A DNA stretch of 64,000 nt, taken from the NCBI GenBank assembly GCA_017510335.1, contig JAFWNM010000033.1, positions 86,868 to 150,867 of the forward strand, written 5' to 3'. The notes below the pieces were generated by a model. The model had not been told where the DNA came from, searched no databases, and was given only the letters and a program-made list of their open reading frames with translations. This document shows positions 58,711 through 64,000 of the stretch, piece after piece. This DNA is from Paracoccaceae bacterium (GTDB lineage Bacteria; Pseudomonadota; Alphaproteobacteria; Rhodobacterales; Rhodobacteraceae). Each line of letters starts with the position of its first letter. Positions within the stretch are counted from its first letter, which is position 1. The translations under genes were made by a program, and so were the position numbers.

Positions 58711-59857
58711 GCAATTCCCGCAGCAGGGCGTTCAGAATGGGCCGCCCTGTTGGTGTTGCTGCAATGCGGTCGCCCTGTTGGGTCAGGAACCCGTCTGCAA
58801 TAAGCGACTCGATGCGTCCTTGCGGTAGGTCAAGCCCTGCAAGTTCTTGATAACGCTTTATATTTGACCCTTCGGCCAGGCGCAGCGACATCATCAGATA
58901 TTCCAGTGCCTGTTCATCATGCGGAATGATATGGCGGGCGTTTTCGCCATGACCTTTGGTATTGACCTGGTCCAGCCATGTTTGCGGCTGCAGGGGTGTT
59001 TGTGTTGCTACGCGGGCGGTGGCTGTGCTTAGGCGTCCATGCGCGCCGGGACCAATTCCCGCATAATCGCCATAGCGCCAGTAAATCAGGTTATGGCGCG
59101 ATTGCGCCCCATCGCGGGCGTGGTTGGACACTTCATATGCGGGCATATTGTGTGCGTCGCAAATTGCCTGCGTTATCATATACATATCGGCAGATATGTC
59201 GTCATCCGGCAGGCCCTTCAGCCCGCCTTTTGCATGGCGCGCGCCGAAGGCCGTGCCGGATTCGATGGTCAGTTGATACAGCGACAGGTGGTCAACGGCC
59301 ATTGACAGCGCTTCTGAAAGCTCATTCTGCCATTGCGCCAATGTCTGGAACTGCCGCGCATAGATCAGGTCAAAACTGACGCGATCGAATGTCGCGCGCG
59401 CAATGTCGAACGCAGCGCGCGCTCCGGCAGCGGAATGCAGGCGGCCAAGGCGTGTCAGGTCGGCATCATTCAGGGCCTGAATGCCCATGGAAATGCGGTT
59501 TACGCCTGCGTCGGCATAGGCGCGAAAGCGACCAGCCTCGACCGATGACGGGTTCGCCTCCAGTGTCACCTCAAAATCATTGGCGGTGGTCCAGCGGGCG
59601 CGAATGCGGTCCAGCAGCGCGCCGACTGTTTCGGGGTCCATCAGGCTGGGTGTGCCACCGCCAAAAAAAACCGTGTTCAGCAGGCGGCCATCAGTTTCAG
59701 CGGCGATACGGTCAATTTCTGACAGATACGCCGCAGCCCATGCGCGTTGATCAATATGTGCCGCGACATGGCTGTTAAAATCGCAATAAGGGCATTTCGA
59801 CTGGCAAAAGGGCCAATGAATATACAGGCCGAAGCCGCCATTCTGCCAGTCTTGCAT
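58700..59857 (-). CDS. hemW: Radical-SAM heme chaperone HemW
   Basis: HWPFCQSKCPYCDFNS, GGGTPS, EANP, YEVSN, HNxxYW. Confidence 0.93.
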   Translation of the reverse strand: MQDWQNGGFGLYIHWPFCQSKCPYCDFNSHVAAHIDQRAWAAAYLSEIDRIAAETDGRLLNTVFFGGGTPSLMDPETVGALLDRIRARWTTANDFEVTLEANPSSVEAGRFRAYADAGVNRISMGIQALNDADLTRLGRLHSAAGARAAFDIARATFDRVSFDLIYARQFQTLAQWQNELSEALSMAVDHLSLYQLTIESGTAFGARHAKGGLKGLPDDDISADMYMITQAICDAHNMPAYEVSNHARDGAQSRHNLIYWRYGDYAGIGPGAHGRLSTATARVATQTPLQPQTWLDQVNTKGHGENARHIIPHDEQALEYLMMSLRLAEGSNIKRYQELAGLDLPQGRIESLIADGFLTQQGDRIAATPTGRPILNALLRELLIQ

Positions 59858-59859
59858 GA

Positions 59860-60243
59860 TTAGCCTTTCAGGGCGGTTACTTCGATCTCGATCAGCATTT
59901 CCGGCTTGATCAGACCAGCGATAACCATTGTGGCGGCGGGGCGGATGTCGCCCATTGCTTCGCCCAATGCGGGCAGCAGCGCGTCCAGCAAGGTGGCATC
60001 GGTCAGGGTGTATTGCACCCGCACGATATCGTCCATGGCAAAACCCCCTTCGGCCAGCGCCTTGGCGATGGTGGCAAAGCAGTTGCGCGCCTGATCGGCC
60101 ACGCTTTCGGGCATGGTCATGGTGGCATAGTCATAGCCAGTCACACCAGAGACGAAGCACCAGTCCCCTTTGACCACGGCACGGCTAAAGCCCATGGTTT
60201 TCTCAAACGGGGACCCTGTAGAGATGCGTTTCACGTGAAACAT
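59860..60243 (-). CDS. RidA/YjgF-family protein
   Basis: ISTGSPFEKTMGFSRAV, VSGVTG, IRPAATM, IEIEVTA; start either ATG60243 or GTG60234. Confidence 0.9.
   Translation of the reverse strand: MFHVKRISTGSPFEKTMGFSRAVVKGDWCFVSGVTGYDYATMTMPESVADQARNCFATIAKALAEGGFAMDDIVRVQYTLTDATLLDALLPALGEAMGDIRPAATMVIAGLIKPEMLIEIEVTALKG
60227..60242. promoter_or_regulatory. parS site (1 mismatch) at the rdgB/ridA junction
   Basis: CGTTTCACGTGAAACA. Confidence 0.9.
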
Positions 60244-60839
60244 CCTTTCAAAAGGGCGGCGATGGCTACGCCGCGATGGGAAAGCGCGTTTTTTTCCTCG
60301 GGCGTCAGTTCCGCGAAGGTGCGGGAGCAACCGTCGGGTTGGAACAAGGGGTCGTATCCGTGGCCCGTCTGGCCACGATAGGGCCAGACAAGCTGGCCAT
60401 TCACGAACCCTTCAAATACTTCGTCATGGCCATCGGGCCAGGCCAGAACCAGCGTGCAGCAAAACCGCGCTTGCCACGGTTGCGGCGCACCGCAATCCAC
60501 CAGCTTTGCATGGGTCTTTTCCATCGCCATGATGAAATCGCGGCCGTTCGGGGTTTCGGCCCAGTCGGCGGTGTAAACACCGGGGGCGCCGTCCAGCGCC
60601 ATGACTTCCAGACCGGAATCATCGGCCAATGCGGGCAGGCCGGTGGCACGCGCTGCAGCGTGCGCCTTGATCCGTGCGTTACCTACGAAGGTTGATTCCG
60701 TTTCTTCAGGTTCTGGCAGGGCGTGTTCTGCAGCAGATGTCACCGAAATACCCAGTGGCCCCATGATCTGGCGAAACTCGTCCAGCTTGCCGGCGTTATG
60801 GGTGGCCACCAGCAAGGTGGTTTCGGAAAACGCCCTCAT
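60231..60839 (-). CDS. rdgB: dITP/XTP pyrophosphatase
   Basis: Motifs [23 protein letters not shown] and SHRG. Confidence 0.95.
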   Translation of the reverse strand: MRAFSETTLLVATHNAGKLDEFRQIMGPLGISVTSAAEHALPEPEETESTFVGNARIKAHAAARATGLPALADDSGLEVMALDGAPGVYTADWAETPNGRDFIMAMEKTHAKLVDCGAPQPWQARFCCTLVLAWPDGHDEVFEGFVNGQLVWPYRGQTGHGYDPLFQPDGCSRTFAELTPEEKNALSHRGVAIAALLKGCFT

Positions 60840-61549
60840 GCTATGGCTGTTTTCTGGGCGGAAACCAGTTCGCTAACGCCTTTTTCCGCAAGATCCATCA
60901 GCGTGTTCATTTCCGCCCGAGAGAAGGTGGCGCCTTCAGCGCTCATCTGAACCTCGACCAGCCGACCGGACCCCAGCAAGATGAAGTTCCCGTCAACGCC
61001 AGCGGTGCTGTCTTCGGCATAATCAAGATCAAGCACGGGCTGGCCCGCGTAAATGCCGCAGCTGACAGCCGCCAGATGGTCGGTAATGGGGTCTGACACA
61101 ATATCGCCTGCCTTCAACAGCTTGTTCACTGCCAACCGCAGCGCGACCCAACCCCCCGTGATGGCCGCGCAACGCGTGCCGCCATCAGCCTGAATAACGT
61201 CGCAATCGATCGTGATCTGGCGTTCACCAAGCGCGGAACGGTCCACGCAAGCGCGCAAGGACCGCCCGATAAGGCGTTGAATTTCCACCGTTCTGCCTTG
61301 CTGCTTGCCCGAAGCGGATTCGCGGCGCATGCGGGTATTTGTGGAACGTGGCAGCATGCCATATTCCGCCGTAACCCAACCCAGACCCGTATTGCGCAGG
61401 AAGGGGGGTGTGCGATCTTCCAGTGAGGCAGTGCAAATTACCTTGGTGTCGCCAACGGTAATCAGGCATGACCCTTCCGCATGTTTGGTGACATTGGGTT
61501 CGATTGAAATTTCGCGCAAAGTGTCTAAGTCACGTCCAGAGGGGCGCAT
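60836..61549 (-). CDS. rph: Ribonuclease PH
   Basis: MRPSGR...AEGS...[10 protein letters not shown]...[11 protein letters not shown]...QADGGTR...LDLDYAEDS. Confidence 0.98.
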   Translation of the reverse strand: MRPSGRDLDTLREISIEPNVTKHAEGSCLITVGDTKVICTASLEDRTPPFLRNTGLGWVTAEYGMLPRSTNTRMRRESASGKQQGRTVEIQRLIGRSLRACVDRSALGERQITIDCDVIQADGGTRCAAITGGWVALRLAVNKLLKAGDIVSDPITDHLAAVSCGIYAGQPVLDLDYAEDSTAGVDGNFILLGSGRLVEVQMSAEGATFSRAEMNTLMDLAEKGVSELVSAQKTAIA

Positions 61550-61685
61550 GGCGGTGTCCTTTCCTGTTTCACGTCACGCATACAAGGACGCATAGCCCGT
61601 GTGCAAGCCTGATACCCCTTGAATTATGTGCTGTTTTCAAGTCGATTTATGCTGTCCTTAACCTGCATCCGCCATAAGGTGGCCC

Positions 61686-62765
61686 ATGCCTGAAACCCGA
61701 AACTCTGCCGACCTACTGTCGGAAATGAACGACCGCTCTCGCGAGGTGTTTCGCAGGGTGGTGGAATCCTATCTGGGGACGGGGGCGCCGGTCGGTTCGC
61801 GCAGCCTGACCCGCGACATGAGCGAGAAGGTTTCCGCCGCAACTGTGCGCAACGTCATGCAGGATCTGGAATATCTGGGCCTGTTGGGCAGCCCGCATGT
61901 GTCGGCCGGGCGGGTGCCGACGAATTTGGGCTTGCGATTGTTCGTGGATTCCCTGTTGGAAGTGGCCCCGCTGGACAACGCCGACCGCGCGAAACTGGAC
62001 AGCACCATGGGCAGCAATGAACGCGACGTTGGCAGTTTGCTGGATGCAGTGGGCGGCGCGCTAAGCGGGGTCACGCAGGGTGCGTCATTGGTGTTGTCGC
62101 CCAAGCATGAAGCGGCGCTGCGTCATATCGAATTTGTCAGCCTTGCGCCTGACCGGGCGTTGGTGGTGTTGGTGTTCGTGGATGGCCATGTTGAAAACCG
62201 TGTTTTCACCCCACCACGCGGCCTGACCCCATCATCCTTGAGAGAGGCCGCAAACTACCTGAATTCCATGGTGGACGGGGCCAGTGTTACCCAGCTTCTG
62301 GCGCGGTTTCGCCGTGAAATCAGCCGCAACAGGCGCGAAATTGACGGGCTTGCCGCCAGCCTGGTGGAACAGGGGCTTGCGGTGTGGGAAAACGAAGGCG
62401 AGCCGCAGGAACGCCTGATCGTGCGCGGGCGCGCGAATCTGCTTGACGAAGGGGCCGGCACTGAAGATATCGACCGCATTCGGACCTTGTTCGATGATCT
62501 GGAACGCAAACGCGATATTGCGGAGTTTCTGGAACTGACGGAACAAGGCGAAGGCGTGCGCATTTTTATCGGGGCAGAAAACAGACTTTTTTCGCTGACG
62601 GGTTCAAGTCTGGTTGTTTCCCCTTATATGAACGCAGAACGCAAGATTATCGGCGCTGTCGGCGTGATTGGTCCAACACGGCTGAATTACGGGCGGATTG
62701 TGCCGATTGTGGATTATACTGCGCAGCTTGTCGGGCGGATACTGTCCGACCGGCAGGCAGAGTGA
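61686..62765 (+). CDS. hrcA: Heat-inducible transcription repressor
   Basis: Motifs PVGSRSL, SAATVRNVM, SPHVSAGRVPT and GVIGPTRLNY. Confidence 0.96.
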   Translation: MPETRNSADLLSEMNDRSREVFRRVVESYLGTGAPVGSRSLTRDMSEKVSAATVRNVMQDLEYLGLLGSPHVSAGRVPTNLGLRLFVDSLLEVAPLDNADRAKLDSTMGSNERDVGSLLDAVGGALSGVTQGASLVLSPKHEAALRHIEFVSLAPDRALVVLVFVDGHVENRVFTPPRGLTPSSLREAANYLNSMVDGASVTQLLARFRREISRNRREIDGLAASLVEQGLAVWENEGEPQERLIVRGRANLLDEGAGTEDIDRIRTLFDDLERKRDIAEFLELTEQGEGVRIFIGAENRLFSLTGSSLVVSPYMNAERKIIGAVGVIGPTRLNYGRIVPIVDYTAQLVGRILSDRQAE

Positions 62766-62778
62766 AGGAAAGAAAAAG

Positions 62779-63363
62779 ATGGCCGAGCCGAAACCGACAC
62801 TGCATCCGGAAACCGAAGCGGAATTTTCCCAGGATCAATCCGCATCGCCAGAGATGGACTCTCCTGTGGGCGATGACCCCTATCTGGCGCTTGAAGCAGA
62901 GCTGGATAAACTGCGCAATGAACGCGATGAAATGCGTGATCGCATGATGCGCGCCCTGGCTGAGGCCGAGAACAGCCGCAAACGCGCCGAAAAAGACCGC
63001 CGTGATGCGCAGCTTTATGGCGGGTCCAAAATCGCGCGCGACATTCTGCCGGTCTATGACAACCTTGCGCGCGCGCTGAATGCGGTTACTGACGAAACGC
63101 GCAGCGCGGCTGGCGGGTTGGTCGAAGGCGTTGAGCTGACACTGCGCGAATTAACCAACGTGATGCAAAAACACGGTGTTGAACGCATCAGCCCGGAAGT
63201 GGGCGACATGTTCGATCCCCATCAGCATCAGGCGATGTTTGAAGCGCCGGTGCCGGATTTCAAGGCAGGCCAGATCATTCAGATTATGGCCGATGGTTTC
63301 AAACTGTATGAACAATTGTTGCGCCCCGCACATGTGGGGGTGTCGTCAACGCCAGCGGGGTAA
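62779..63363 (+). CDS. grpE: Nucleotide exchange factor GrpE
   Basis: RALAEAENSRKR...DNLARAL...FDPHQHQAM...GFKLYEQLLRPAHVGVS. Confidence 0.96.
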   Translation: MAEPKPTLHPETEAEFSQDQSASPEMDSPVGDDPYLALEAELDKLRNERDEMRDRMMRALAEAENSRKRAEKDRRDAQLYGGSKIARDILPVYDNLARALNAVTDETRSAAGGLVEGVELTLRELTNVMQKHGVERISPEVGDMFDPHQHQAMFEAPVPDFKAGQIIQIMADGFKLYEQLLRPAHVGVSSTPAG

Positions 63364-63407
63364 AAGGGGCATTCTGCCCCTTGTTTGAGTATTTTTGGCA
63401 AGATGAA
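63364..63407 (+). repeat. Hairpin plus dispersed intergenic 24-bp repeat, copy 2
   Basis: AAGGGGCA-TTC-TGCCCCTT, then TTTGAGTATTTTTGGCAAGATGAA (63384-63407), identical to 34991-35014. Confidence 0.9.
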
Positions 63408-63409
63408 GT

Positions 63410-64000
63410 CTATGTCTGGTTAAGGGCTTTCAGGTCGTACAACAGATCCAGCGCCTCTTTGGGTGTCAGCTCGTCCGGGTTAATCCGGGCGAGTTTTTCT
63501 GTTGCGGGATTGGGTTTTTGTGGCTGCGGGGCAGGGGTGCGCGCGAGAGAGAACAGCGGCAGGTCATCGATCACGGCTTTGGGGTTCTTGCCGCCTTCGC
63601 CTTGTTCCAGCGCGGACAGCACTTCGCGGGCGCGCGTGATGACGCTGTCTGGAAGTCCGGCCAGGCGTGCCACTTGCACGCCATAGCTGCGATCGGCGGC
63701 GCCGCGTTTGACTTCGTGCAGGAAAATGACGTCGCCTTCCCATTCCTTGACAGTAACAGTGGCATTTTCGACGCCGGGCAACCTGCCGGCAAGGGCGGTC
63801 ATTTCATGGTAATGGGTGGCGAACAGGGCGCGGGTGCGGTTCACGTCGTGCAAATGTTCCAGTGTGGCCCATGCAATGGACAGCCCGTCATAGGTGGCCG
63901 TGCCGCGGCCGATTTCATCCAGAATTACCAAAGCGCGGTCATCTGCCTGATTGAGGATTGCAGCGGTTTCGACCATTTCCACCATGAAGGTGGACCGCCC
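63410..64000 (-). CDS. mutS: DNA mismatch repair protein MutS (C-terminal part; 5' end outside the window)
   Basis: [52 protein letters not shown]. Confidence 0.98.
   Translation of the reverse strand, partial: GRSTFMVEMVETAAILNQADDRALVILDEIGRGTATYDGLSIAWATLEHLHDVNRTRALFATHYHEMTALAGRLPGVENATVTVKEWEGDVIFLHEVKRGAADRSYGVQVARLAGLPDSVITRAREVLSALEQGEGGKNPKAVIDDLPLFSLARTPAPQPQKPNPATEKLARINPDELTPKEALDLLYDLKALNQT

Noticed and set aside
61550-61685. CIRCE element or RpoH promoter between rph and hrcA; inverted repeat CTTGAA-N12-TTCAAG at 61618-61641
   Set aside because: No TTAGCACTC-N9-GAGTGCTAA is present, and neither CTTG half has a properly spaced CCTATAT-like -10. A 6-bp inverted repeat is too weak to call.

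Overview
This window is chromosomal DNA from a GC-rich alphaproteobacterium; gene content and synteny fit the Rhodobacteraceae/Paracoccaceae. It contains the probable replication origin: an AT-rich maf-hemJ intergenic region with three perfect DnaA boxes and an IHF consensus site. This is followed by rho-mnmE-mnmG-rsmG-parA-parB and four parS palindromes. Other housekeeping content: a cobalamin-riboswitch-controlled btuBFCD-exbB operon, trmB, slyD, rpsO, tamAB, ahcY, pncAB, phaAB, an RbaV/RbaW-like partner switch, a fungal Lys1-like saccharopine dehydrogenase, hemF, dnaQ-coaE-aroE-maf, hemW-ridA-rdgB-rph, hrcA-grpE and the 3' end of mutS. The stand-out feature is a tightly packed operon of about 16 kb (8440-24696) that joins polysaccharide-assembly genes to an unusual two-protein assembly line. 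The polysaccharide genes are a degenerate BY-kinase, a Wzz/GumC-like co-polymerase, a Wzy/WaaL-like membrane protein and a GT2. The assembly line is (i) a formyltransferase-[C remnant]-A(Gly code, interrupted by a luciferase-like monooxygenase)-PCP protein and (ii) a KS-AT-KR(DH inserted)-ACP-TE PKS, plus a dedicated PPTase. My hypothesis is that it makes an N-formyl-glycine-derived acyl unit that decorates a surface glycan or glycolipid. No rRNA, tRNA, CRISPR array, transposase or prophage was recognised. All calls come from reading motifs by eye; no database or HMM search was run, and several start codons are best guesses.
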